Positions 35,324 to 44,405 of a DNA stretch of 64,000 nt are shown one piece after another. Position 1 is the stretch's first letter, and every line of letters starts with the position of its first letter. The notes below the pieces were generated by a model. It saw only the letters and a list, made by a program, of their open reading frames with translations. It did no database searches and had not been told where the DNA came from. A program made the position numbers and the translations under genes. This DNA comes from an uncultured virus (IMG/VR IMGVR_UViG_3300028800_000080) (lineage: Duplodnaviria; Heunggongvirae; Uroviricota; Caudoviricetes): IMG/VR virus record IMGVR_UViG_3300028800_000080; one strand, written 5' to 3'.

Positions 35324-36472
35324 TTGAGCACACTCGCGGTAAAAGTTGAGCGCATTCGTGACATTCAACCCCACGGTAACGCAGACCGGCTTGAGATTGC
35401 CACCGTATTAGGATGGCAGTGTGTCGTGCAGAAGGGTGCCTTTAAGAAGGGCGACCTTTGCGTCTATTTCCCCATCGACAGCATTCTCCCGCAGACGGTT
35501 GAGGACGCCATCTTTGGCGCAGACTCCAAAATCAAACTGGCCAAGCATCGCATCCGCGCCATCAAGCTTCGTGGGGCTATTAGCCAGGGATTGGCGACCG
35601 AGCCTAAGACGCTGATTGGGCTGGGCGCGGGCATCATCAACGCTAAAGAAGGTACGGACCTAACTGCGGTGCTAGGCGTCACCAAGTACGAGCCACCCCC
35701 GCCGCGTACGCAGGGCATGTCTAACCTGCAAAAGTCGTGGCGCAAGAAGAACCCGCACTTTCACGAGTACACGGACATCGAAAACGCCAAAAACTACCCC
35801 GACACCTTTGCGCCAGGTGAGCGTGTGCTCGTATCGGAGAAGGTCCATGGCACGAATTTCCGTGCCGGTTGGGTGCCCTACGAGCCAGATAACCTCTGGA
35901 AGAAGTTACTCACTTGGCTGCATCTCGCGCCTAAGTACGAGTTTGTCTTCGGCAGTCGCAAGGTTCAGTTACAAGACCCCGGTCGGGTAGCGGGTACTGG
36001 CTTCTACGAACGTCAAGCGAATGGCGAAGGCCCCCCACCGGGTAACGTGTACGCTGAAGCGGTGCGCAAGTACAACCTTCGCAAGATTCCGCTGGGCTAC
36101 GTTGTGTATGGTGAGATTTACGGGTCCGGCATTCAGAAGGGCTACACTTACGGGTGTAAGCAGGGCGAGCATAAGGTTGCTTTCTTCGACCTGATGATTA
36201 ATGGCCAGTACCAGGATGACTACGAGTTTCGCCGGTGGGCCACGATTGTGGGGCTACCCGTTGTACCGCAGTTGTGGTCAGGTAAGTACGAGTCGCTGGA
36301 CCAGATGAAGGCGCTTACGGTGGGCGACAGCGTGCTGTGCCACGAGCAACCCTGTATGGAAGGCGTCGTAGTGAAGCCTGAGCACGAGCGCTGGGACCCG
36401 TCCTTAGGCCGCGTCATTCTCAAGGTCGTCAGTGACCAGTATTTGCTGGGCGACCAGAGCGAATTCCACTGA
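35324..36472 (+). CDS. RNA ligase (Rnl2/DRB0094-like) with N-terminal OB-type domain
   Basis: H.NADRLE, LRGAISQG, motif I SEKVHGTN, YGEIYG, FFD and EGVVVK. Confidence 0.88.
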   Translation: MSTLAVKVERIRDIQPHGNADRLEIATVLGWQCVVQKGAFKKGDLCVYFPIDSILPQTVEDAIFGADSKIKLAKHRIRAIKLRGAISQGLATEPKTLIGLGAGIINAKEGTDLTAVLGVTKYEPPPPRTQGMSNLQKSWRKKNPHFHEYTDIENAKNYPDTFAPGERVLVSEKVHGTNFRAGWVPYEPDNLWKKLLTWLHLAPKYEFVFGSRKVQLQDPGRVAGTGFYERQANGEGPPPGNVYAEAVRKYNLRKIPLGYVVYGEIYGSGIQKGYTYGCKQGEHKVAFFDLMINGQYQDDYEFRRWATIVGLPVVPQLWSGKYESLDQMKALTVGDSVLCHEQPCMEGVVVKPEHERWDPSLGRVILKVVSDQYLLGDQSEFH

Positions 36473-36496
36473 TGGATAGAAAGTTGCGCGCTAGGC

Positions 36497-36525
36497 TTGA
36501 ATCCGAGCTTAAAATCGTCTATAAT
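36497..36525 (+). promoter_or_regulatory. Promoter TTGAAT-N17-TATAAT
   Basis: Family-like ATCGTC-TATAAT context. Confidence 0.6.
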
Positions 36526-36617
36526 CAGCTAGTGCTAGTGCGCGAGAGCCTTCAAAGAGGAGAACGCGCTTGGCCTCTAACCCGATTAGTGGAGGCTGAG
36601 AACGATTTGCTGCGCAC

Positions 36618-36899
36618 ATGGAAAACTACGTTGAAGGAGTACTAGTGGACAAGGTACAACAAGTGATTGAGAAGGCAGCATGTAATGCTTGGCCGTTGGT
36701 CGAAGCGCTGCGTAAGTTGAGTCAAGGTTTCGTTATGTCCCCCATGGCCAACGTTGAACTGGTCGTGTTCGAGAACGGCGGCTGGGCGATTTGCTCCGGG
36801 GACGACGCAGGCATTCAAGTCGCGTCAGCGCCGTTGAGCATCAGCTATACCTGCGTTCACGACCTGGAAGCCGCATTAGGGGAGACAGTCGATGGCTGA
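36618..36899 (+). CDS. Hypothetical protein
   Basis: ORF tiling. Confidence 0.45.
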   Translation: MENYVEGVLVDKVQQVIEKAACNAWPLVEALRKLSQGFVMSPMANVELVVFENGGWAICSGDDAGIQVASAPLSISYTCVHDLEAALGETVDG

Positions 36900-37092
36900 G
36901 AAAGTGGCTACGGACAGTAGCATGTTCTTCAAGGCCCCGGTGGAACCGGAATTCACTCTGGTATTGCTGCTGAAAGGCGGCGGTGACGAGAGTGTCTGCG
37001 GCTTCAAGTCTAACGCAGCCGCAGAAGAGCGTTTTTACCGCGAGTATTCTAACGCACCGAATGTGGCGGGGTTCAAGGTTCTTGAAGTTTGA
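36892..37092 (+). CDS. Hypothetical protein
   Basis: GGGGAG RBS; coupled to the next gene. Confidence 0.5.
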   Translation: MAEKVATDSSMFFKAPVEPEFTLVLLLKGGGDESVCGFKSNAAAEERFYREYSNAPNVAGFKVLEV

Positions 37093-37940
37093 CCCCAGTT
37101 GAGCAGTTTGGTCGCCAGCTGATTCAGAATGGCGACCTAGACCCGGCGTACATCGTAGCATTTGACGCCGAGTTAAAGCCTGACCTGTTGCGTAAGTGGG
37201 TATTCCTCTACTCTTGGTTCATACATGCGGGAGTTACCAGCCACTTAGCAGCGCAGGACCACCCCTACGCGGCAGCGATGAGCGAGTTGAAGATACTGCC
37301 GCGCTCACCTGAGCGGCGTCACTTTAGGGCTGCTAATGCGGTGCGAACGCTAGAGTACCTCAAGACCAAGTCACCGGATGCTTGGCTCAAGTACTGGTTC
37401 GGACAAGACACGACGTACGCCCCCATCGAGAAGCGTATCCGTGAGGTGCCCGGCTTTGGCGCCTGGACGGCGACTAAAATCATCGACATGGGTGAGATGC
37501 TGCTGGGCTATTCCGTGGACCCGCCAGACCCCTATACGTGGGAGCTATACAAGACCCCCGCCGAAGGGGCTAAAATGATTGCCTCGCCAGGTGAATCCCA
37601 AGGCGATACACTGGTACGGTTGGCCTCACTCCTATCGGACCTAACCGTGCCCCCGTTGCATATCCGCCACGTGGACGTGCGCGAGGCTGAAACGGTGCTG
37701 TGCCGGTTCAAAGAATTCACGACAGGCACGTATCAACCGGGTAAGGAAATACGTACTACCGTAAATGAATTGCTGTGGCGTCCTAACTGGATTGCCAAAC
37801 GCATGCTCGAAAGGAGCAGTCTATGGTCTTTCAAATCCGAGGGAACCACGGCTCAGGTAAGTCTACGACAATTCGATGCCTCATTGACAACTACGGAGTA
37901 CGGGATGTTATCAAAGCCTCCGACCTGGTCAACGGCCTAG
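37089..37940 (+). CDS. Amino acid:DNA transferase-like (aGPT-Pplase2 family) hypermodification enzyme
   Basis: GDLDPAY, ERRHFR, HhH-like GFGAWTATKIIDM and EAETVLCRFK..G.Y.PGK. Confidence 0.75.
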   Translation: MTPVEQFGRQLIQNGDLDPAYIVAFDAELKPDLLRKWVFLYSWFIHAGVTSHLAAQDHPYAAAMSELKILPRSPERRHFRAANAVRTLEYLKTKSPDAWLKYWFGQDTTYAPIEKRIREVPGFGAWTATKIIDMGEMLLGYSVDPPDPYTWELYKTPAEGAKMIASPGESQGDTLVRLASLLSDLTVPPLHIRHVDVREAETVLCRFKEFTTGTYQPGKEIRTTVNELLWRPNWIAKRMLERSSLWSFKSEGTTAQVSLRQFDASLTTTEYGMLSKPPTWSTA

Positions 37941-38437
37941 ACTTTGCGGATAAACCCAACGAGGTAGTTGGGATACTGCTTAACGATGGCCTCTTTGTTG
38001 TGGGAGACTACTCGGCTCCCACTGGAGGATGCGATAAGATTCACCGCCAGGACCACATCAATGCTCGTGTGGAGTGGGCAGTAGGAAGCGGATTTGACGT
38101 TGCGTTCGAGGGGATACTGGCAAGCATCACTTACGAGCGCTATGCTGACCTAGCCGGCAAGATGCAAGATGCGCAGGTGCGGTACCAGTTCATTTTTCTC
38201 ATGCCTGACCGCGCTAAGTGCTTCGAACACATCAACGCACGGCGCAAAACCTCCAAGGTGGTACGAGGCCCATTTAAGGAGGAGCTGTTCGACGCGAAGG
38301 TCAAGATGCTGGACCGTTGTTGCGCCCGTTATGAGCGCGCAGGTTTTGAGGTCATCAAGGCGGATAGCGCAGTCGTAGCGGCGAATCAGATTATTCACGT
38401 ACTCGATACGCTGCGGGCGGGCGTCGCAACCATTTAA
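37823..38437 (+). CDS. Hypermodification-associated P-loop kinase
   Basis: IRGNHGSGKST, G.Y...GGCD and FEG; overlaps the transferase-like gene. Confidence 0.75.
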   Translation: MVFQIRGNHGSGKSTTIRCLIDNYGVRDVIKASDLVNGLDFADKPNEVVGILLNDGLFVVGDYSAPTGGCDKIHRQDHINARVEWAVGSGFDVAFEGILASITYERYADLAGKMQDAQVRYQFIFLMPDRAKCFEHINARRKTSKVVRGPFKEELFDAKVKMLDRCCARYERAGFEVIKADSAVVAANQIIHVLDTLRAGVATI

Positions 38438-38474
38438 GAGGTAACAACCACAAGAGCATCGAAGCACTCTGTGG

Positions 38475-38957
38475 ATGGACCTGGACCCTAAAATTGACCT
38501 CGTACGACGGCTCTACATTCAACAGGGCCGGTCGCTGTCTGACTTGGCCATATCGTATGATATCGCCATGTTTGTTCTAAAGTCACATTGTAAGACTGAG
38601 AAATGGGATGAACAGCGTGAAGCGCATCAGCAGAAGGCCGCGAGCACAGACCCCAACAACAGTCTATCTCGTCACGAGTCCATTGTCAACGGCTATATGC
38701 TTAAGCTTGAGGAGTTGTGGGAGAAAAACCTAGACCCCACTCTCAGCGAAGGCGAGCTGCGTCGGCTCCGGGTGGTCGTGGAGAATGCGAACAAAATCAC
38801 GGAGTCTATGATGAGCACGATTGAGTATGACCGCAAGATTCACGGTGTGAAGAACACTGCTCCGTCCGTTCAGCAAGACGTGGGAGAAGAGCACGGCGTG
38901 GCTTACCAGGTCAAGCTCAAGGAGTCAGTTGAAGGGGCGGCAGCGCAAAGCAACTAG
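38475..38957 (+). CDS. Terminase small subunit (putative)
   Basis: N-terminal HTH-like segment ending ..EKWDEQR; immediately upstream of terL. Confidence 0.6.
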   Translation: MDLDPKIDLVRRLYIQQGRSLSDLAISYDIAMFVLKSHCKTEKWDEQREAHQQKAASTDPNNSLSRHESIVNGYMLKLEELWEKNLDPTLSEGELRRLRVVVENANKITESMMSTIEYDRKIHGVKNTAPSVQQDVGEEHGVAYQVKLKESVEGAAAQSN

Positions 38958-40420
38958 TGGTTCACGAAATTGACGTGCTCCCTTGGCAGATGGAGTTTCT
39001 AGCCTGCCAGGATGACATAGCCGCAGTAATTGGCGGGTTCGCCTCAGGCAAATCCTTCATCGCAGCAAACTGGTTCACCGACCGCTGCATGCAGTTCCCT
39101 GAGGCTAATCACATTGTTGTCTGTAAGGACTTGCCGCAGGCCAAGAAGGGTCCGCTATCCACTTTGCGCGGTGTGTTAGATTCGCGTGATATTGAGTACC
39201 ATTACAACGCGTCAACAGGTCAAATTAATTTCGACAACGGCTGTCGTGTTGCAGTTAAAGCCGTGCAGAATTATCTAGCCTTCCGGTCGCTAGAGGCTGA
39301 CACGCTGTGGTGCGATGAAACGGCGGACTGGGGGCCTTCGGCTGAGCTAGCCTTCGTCCGTTATGTACAGCCCCGTCTGCGCTACAGCCCCAAAGGCAAG
39401 CAATACATCAAGTACGGCATGCGGCCTCAGATGCGCATCACGACTAACCCGTCACCCATCAACAGCTGGCTCTATAAGCTTATCGTGGAGCGACAGTTCT
39501 GCAAGTACTGGAACGTGTCGCTGCGCACTAATTACTTGATGCCCGACCTAGAGGGCTACATCGACCGTCAAGAGCGCTCGATGTCCCCCGACTTATGGCC
39601 CTTCCTCATCGACGGCAACTGGGGCAGCACGACGGCAGGCCAAGTGTACAAGGGGTTCTCTCGCGCTGCGTGCTGTATCACGCCTCCTCCGGGGTTGCCA
39701 GCGTTCGGACTGGACATGACGAAGCCGCTACTTTGGGCGCATGACTTCAACGTAGGCATGATGTGCTCAACCATCAGCCAACTCCATCAGCAGAACCGTA
39801 TCATTATTGAGCGGCGCAGCAAAAACTCACTGTGGAACCTGCCTGGCGCGTCCCGCATACAGACGCTGAAGGATACAACCAAACTTATGGTTGAAGGATT
39901 CCAACACGGCGTGCTGTACATTATGGATGAGATTCGCATACCTAACGCAGGCACGCCTGACGTGTGCGAGGAGTTTGGCAAGCGGTACATCAACACCGGC
40001 ATTGCTCAGCGTACGGGCGTCATACTCTACGGCGACCCCGCAGGCGGCGGCAGGTCACAGCAGCTGTCGGCTCGACAGGCGGCACGGTCCAACTGGGCTA
40101 TCATTGTGCAGTACCTTCAGAGCAAAGGCGTACGTGTTGAGTTTCGAGTAATGGAGGCCGCGCCATCGGTCCTGGACCGCGTGAACGAGGTGAAGGCCCA
40201 GATTCTCACGAAGGATGGTAAGGGGCTCATCATAGACCCCGACAAGTGCCCCCACACAGTCAAGGACTTTGAGGCGGTGACTTTTAAGGAAGGCACCAAC
40301 GACATTCTCAAAGATGACAAGGAGATTACTCACTTGACGGACGCGACGGGGTACATGATTTACGTTGAGCGCACGCTTCAGAAGCGCAAAGTTGTGGAGT
40401 TTAGGAAGACACTCGAATAA
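38957..40420 (+). CDS. terL: Terminase large subunit
   Basis: PWQ, GGFASGKS, WCDE, TTNP, HDFN, GDPAG and HLTDA. Confidence 0.92.
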   Translation: MVHEIDVLPWQMEFLACQDDIAAVIGGFASGKSFIAANWFTDRCMQFPEANHIVVCKDLPQAKKGPLSTLRGVLDSRDIEYHYNASTGQINFDNGCRVAVKAVQNYLAFRSLEADTLWCDETADWGPSAELAFVRYVQPRLRYSPKGKQYIKYGMRPQMRITTNPSPINSWLYKLIVERQFCKYWNVSLRTNYLMPDLEGYIDRQERSMSPDLWPFLIDGNWGSTTAGQVYKGFSRAACCITPPPGLPAFGLDMTKPLLWAHDFNVGMMCSTISQLHQQNRIIIERRSKNSLWNLPGASRIQTLKDTTKLMVEGFQHGVLYIMDEIRIPNAGTPDVCEEFGKRYINTGIAQRTGVILYGDPAGGGRSQQLSARQAARSNWAIIVQYLQSKGVRVEFRVMEAAPSVLDRVNEVKAQILTKDGKGLIIDPDKCPHTVKDFEAVTFKEGTNDILKDDKEITHLTDATGYMIYVERTLQKRKVVEFRKTLE

Positions 40421-42051
40421 TGGCGGCTTATCAAGAGTTGGTGCGGCTGTGGTCTAGTCGTTACCCTAAAGGTACGTCTGAGCGCTTTAAGCGCATGGAC
40501 GCTCTTTCAAAGCTTCAAGATGACTCCATCTACGACATCCTACCTCACCCGTTCGAGAAAGAGGAGAACGGGGTCAATAATCCTATTCCGTTACATGAGC
40601 GGCGTCCTAACGTCCGCTATATGCTGCCTAAAATCATTGTGGACCACACGTCCTCGCTGACGTTCGGTGACGCCCACGCCCCTGCGGTTCGCATCGCTGA
40701 GCCGTCCGAGGACATGGACCCGAAGGCGCTTGCGAACAAGCACGAGCAGTTTGAGCGCATCATTGAAGCGCTTGAATTAGACGCCGTCATGATTGAGGCG
40801 ATGAAGCTTGGCGCAGTAGGTTCGGTTGCGGTTATTCTTCGGGTGTTGGACGACGGCTATCCGTGGTTGGACATCATAGAGGGCAAGTACTGCATACCCC
40901 ACTTTGACGTAAAGGACCCGCGCAAGCTAGTTCAACTCGACCAGATTTACAGCGTAACAGCTGAAGATTTGCGCTTAGCCGGGTACAAAGGCGACTATAA
41001 GCCCGACAAGATTTACTACATAAAAATCACTTACACTACAACCCGGACCGTTGTGTCGATGCCGCTCGTTAAAGAGCGCTACGAGCGACTGGGGGAGAAA
41101 GACGATGACCAAAAGGTTATCGTGTGGGTCAAAGATGAAGAGCGCTCTTACAGCAATCCGCTATCATTTATGCCGGTGGTCTGGATTCGCAACCTTCCAT
41201 GTCGCACCGCTATTGACGGGGACAGTACTTTCGGTTGTGTCGCAGATTTCACTATTCAGATAAGCTATCTGCTCAGTCAGATTGGCCGAGGTTACTACTA
41301 CACCGCAGACCCCATCCTCGCAGAGGAGTCTAGCCAGCTATCTACGGGTATACCGCTGGCGGGGACAGACCCGGACGTGGACACCGAGATTCGCCGGTCA
41401 CCGGCTCGCATGCTTAAGGTGGACGGTAAGGTTAGCGTTCTTGAGATTAGTGGCGAAGGTTTGCGTGGTGCTAGCGAGCACGTTAAGATGCTGCGTGAGT
41501 ACGCTCTAGAGGTTCTGTCGGGTATGAAATCCGACTCAGACAACTCAAAGGGCGTCCAGTCCGGTCGTGCGCTCCACTACCTCCATCAAGCGCTAGTGTG
41601 GCTCGCTGAAAAGTTTCGCGTGTCATACGGCACTCGTGGTTATCTTGCGGTTCTTCGCATGGTATTCCAAGGTATCGCTGATGGTGACATCGTCATTCCA
41701 AACGTCGAAATAGACGAGGTGGACCCCAAGGTTCCGCTGCGCTTGGTTTGGCCGCAATGGTCTACGCCTAGCGGTGCGGACATGTTAGCGGAAATCACGG
41801 CATTGGCTACGGCAGCAGGCAGCACGCCCCAGTTCCCGGTCAAGATTCTGCCCATCAGCGTCATTGCTCAGAAGGCAGCGTCAGTGGTAGGTATCAGCGA
41901 CCAGAACCGTGTGGCGGCTGAGTTGGAAGCGGAGATGGAGGAGAAACCCCCGTTGACTGCAGCCGACGCAAATGACACTAAAGTGGAAATAGCGGATAAA
42001 GCCGCGAAAGTTAAGGCTACGCAGGCCAAAGCGCGTAGCACAGCGAAGTAA
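40420..42051 (+). CDS. Portal protein
   Basis: 543 aa directly after terL; PVVWI.N and SGRAL.Y SPP1-like motifs. Confidence 0.8.
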   Translation: MAAYQELVRLWSSRYPKGTSERFKRMDALSKLQDDSIYDILPHPFEKEENGVNNPIPLHERRPNVRYMLPKIIVDHTSSLTFGDAHAPAVRIAEPSEDMDPKALANKHEQFERIIEALELDAVMIEAMKLGAVGSVAVILRVLDDGYPWLDIIEGKYCIPHFDVKDPRKLVQLDQIYSVTAEDLRLAGYKGDYKPDKIYYIKITYTTTRTVVSMPLVKERYERLGEKDDDQKVIVWVKDEERSYSNPLSFMPVVWIRNLPCRTAIDGDSTFGCVADFTIQISYLLSQIGRGYYYTADPILAEESSQLSTGIPLAGTDPDVDTEIRRSPARMLKVDGKVSVLEISGEGLRGASEHVKMLREYALEVLSGMKSDSDNSKGVQSGRALHYLHQALVWLAEKFRVSYGTRGYLAVLRMVFQGIADGDIVIPNVEIDEVDPKVPLRLVWPQWSTPSGADMLAEITALATAAGSTPQFPVKILPISVIAQKAASVVGISDQNRVAAELEAEMEEKPPLTAADANDTKVEIADKAAKVKATQAKARSTAK

Positions 42052-42059
42052 GGAGAACA

Positions 42060-42701
42060 ATGGTAACCGAAGAAACGCCTGAAAATCAGAATCCCAACCC
42101 TACCGAGGGCGAGGCTAAACCGAAGGTAGAGCCTAAGACCCCGCCAGACGGCGAGAAGCCTATTGACCCCGCCTACGCAACCCGCCTCCGCAATGAAACT
42201 GCGGCAGAGCGTGGCAAGCGCGAGGCTGCAGAGCAGCGTGCCGCCGACCTTCAGACGCAGCTGGATGAGATTGAGCGTAAGCGTCTACAAGATGAAAAAG
42301 ATTTCAAGGGCCTAGCGGAAAAAGAGAAGAAGCGGGCTGATGATATTGAGAGGCAGTTCAACCAATTCAAGGATAGCGCCTCCAAGCGCTCTGCGAACAC
42401 TGAGCTTCGGGCTGAGGCTCGTGAAGCGGGTATCCTAGATGTGGACGATATCAGCCTTATTGATGCTTCTGGCATTAAAGTGGACGATGACGGCAACGTC
42501 ACGGGCGCGAAGGAAGCCGTTGAAGCTTTCAAGACGAGCAAGCCACACAAGTTCAAGACCGAGGGTGAGTCTACCCCCGAAAGCAAGACTAAACCGCGTA
42601 CTCCGAACCCGAACCCTAACGCGAAAGGCATCAAAAAGGATGCGAAGGATATGACGGGTGATGAATTCGATAACGCATGGGCCACGGCTGGTAGAGCCTA
42701 A
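42060..42701 (+). CDS. Head scaffolding protein
   Basis: Charged coiled coil (RLRNETA..R), KPHKF, flexible termini; position in head module. Confidence 0.75.
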   Translation: MVTEETPENQNPNPTEGEAKPKVEPKTPPDGEKPIDPAYATRLRNETAAERGKREAAEQRAADLQTQLDEIERKRLQDEKDFKGLAEKEKKRADDIERQFNQFKDSASKRSANTELRAEAREAGILDVDDISLIDASGIKVDDDGNVTGAKEAVEAFKTSKPHKFKTEGESTPESKTKPRTPNPNPNAKGIKKDAKDMTGDEFDNAWATAGRA

Positions 42702-43510
42702 TGCCCTCACGGGGCCTAGCTAGGACTGTTTACCTCGACATCGAGAACAGCCCACATATGGGTTACACCTGGGGCAAGTGGCAGCAGAATGTGATTGCAG
42801 TAGAGGAATACTCCTGCCTCATGTCTGTGGCCTGGGCCTGGGGTGATGACCGCAAAATCCATAGCGCCAAGCTTCCCGATTTCAAATCCGCCTACCGCAA
42901 CAACCCCCGAGATGACTCTAAGTTGATGGAGGTTATCGGTAACGTCTTAGATGAGGCGGATATACTGGTGGGCCACAATATTGAGAAGCATGATGTGCGT
43001 AAGTCTAACGCAAGCTTTTTACGTCATTCCCAACTCCCCTACTCTCCGGTAAAACCAGTCGATACTCTCCGTGAGGCGAAGCGCATTGGCCTGTTTTTCG
43101 GCAACAGTCTAGACGACCTAGCCCGATTCTTGGGCCTTGGCTCTAAGCTCAAAGTGCTGACCTCGGGCAACAAGTTTGACCTTTGGCTGCGTTGTATGGG
43201 CGGTAATGAGCAAGCCTGGACTAAGATGGAGCGGTACAATAAGCACGACGTGTTCCTGAACCGTCTAGTGCATCATCGCTTACGTGCTTGGGATTCAATG
43301 CACCCTAACATCACGTTGATGACGGGTGAGTCTAAACTCTGTCCTGTGTGCGGCCACAAAACTGTGAGAGCCCAGGAGGCTGATGGCAGCGAAGCTTGGG
43401 CTTACATGAAGTCTTGGCGTGCAGAATTATACGTCTGCACCCGCGCTACATGCGGCAAATACGCGAAGGGCCGTAGAGAAAAACTTAAAGCAAGCGTACT
43501 CGTAGCCTAG
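42701..43510 (+). CDS. RNase H-like DEDD 3'-5' exonuclease with C-terminal Zn ribbon
   Basis: YLDIENSP, GHNIEKHD, VDTL, YNKHDV and CPVCG. Confidence 0.8.
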   Translation: MPSRGLARTVYLDIENSPHMGYTWGKWQQNVIAVEEYSCLMSVAWAWGDDRKIHSAKLPDFKSAYRNNPRDDSKLMEVIGNVLDEADILVGHNIEKHDVRKSNASFLRHSQLPYSPVKPVDTLREAKRIGLFFGNSLDDLARFLGLGSKLKVLTSGNKFDLWLRCMGGNEQAWTKMERYNKHDVFLNRLVHHRLRAWDSMHPNITLMTGESKLCPVCGHKTVRAQEADGSEAWAYMKSWRAELYVCTRATCGKYAKGRREKLKASVLVA

Positions 43511-43517
43511 GAGACAC

Positions 43518-44228
43518 ATGTTCGCACCGGATAAGACTACCCCTGCAATACTTGACCTCTCCATTCGGCGTGCTATTGAAGCTCAACTGAAGCCTCGCCA
43601 TCTGAAGAGTATGGACTCCCTGGTGGACGAGATGATGCACGGAATCATGGAGCAGATTCCTGTTCAGGCTTTTGAGGAGCGTTTAGCGCATCACGAAGGC
43701 TATCTCGTGTTCCAGCAGGACGTGGACCAAGCGAGCTGCGAGAACATGCAGTACGAGTTGCTTAGCGCTCACATGTCGCTACCTATAGACAAACCCATCA
43801 ACATGATGCTTAGCACCTTTGGCGGTGATTGGGAGTACGGATTAGCGGTTATGGGGGTCATGCATCGCATTCAAAGCGAAGGGCGCGACGTAAACGTACA
43901 CGTGACCGGCTCAGCCTCCAGTATGGGCAGTATCATTACCCAAGCAGGCACTCGCCGCTACATGGATGAGTTTGCGGATATGATGCTGCATGAAGGTTCA
44001 GGCGGCTTGCCCATCAACTATCGCCAAGCGAAAGACTACATGGAAGGCTGGGACAAGACCCAGAAATCCATGTACCGCATTTACGCTTCTCGTTCCGGTA
44101 AGACCCCCGAATACTGGGAGAATCGCGTATCGCGTCATGATGTATTCCTGACCGCGCAAGAGGCGCTGGAAGAGAAGCTCATAGACGAAATCATCTACTC
44201 CCCGTTCACCACAGCAAAAAAAGTTTAA
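43518..44228 (+). CDS. ClpP-like protease (likely prohead protease)
   Basis: STFGG, ASSMGSII, MLHE and FLTAQEALEEKLIDEI. Confidence 0.85.
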   Translation: MFAPDKTTPAILDLSIRRAIEAQLKPRHLKSMDSLVDEMMHGIMEQIPVQAFEERLAHHEGYLVFQQDVDQASCENMQYELLSAHMSLPIDKPINMMLSTFGGDWEYGLAVMGVMHRIQSEGRDVNVHVTGSASSMGSIITQAGTRRYMDEFADMMLHEGSGGLPINYRQAKDYMEGWDKTQKSMYRIYASRSGKTPEYWENRVSRHDVFLTAQEALEEKLIDEIIYSPFTTAKKV

Positions 44229-44405
44229 TCCCCTAAAAGGGAAGACATCCCACATAGACGAATGTAGCCCATGTAAGGTAGCTTGTAAGAGGGGCTACCG
44301 TCCTGGGTTGAAACTCAGCAGAGGCTGTGAAACCTAGTTGGACGCTGACACTCGGCAGAGGCCGTGATGCGAACCTCAGCAAAAACGACTAGGAGATAAA
44401 GCTTC

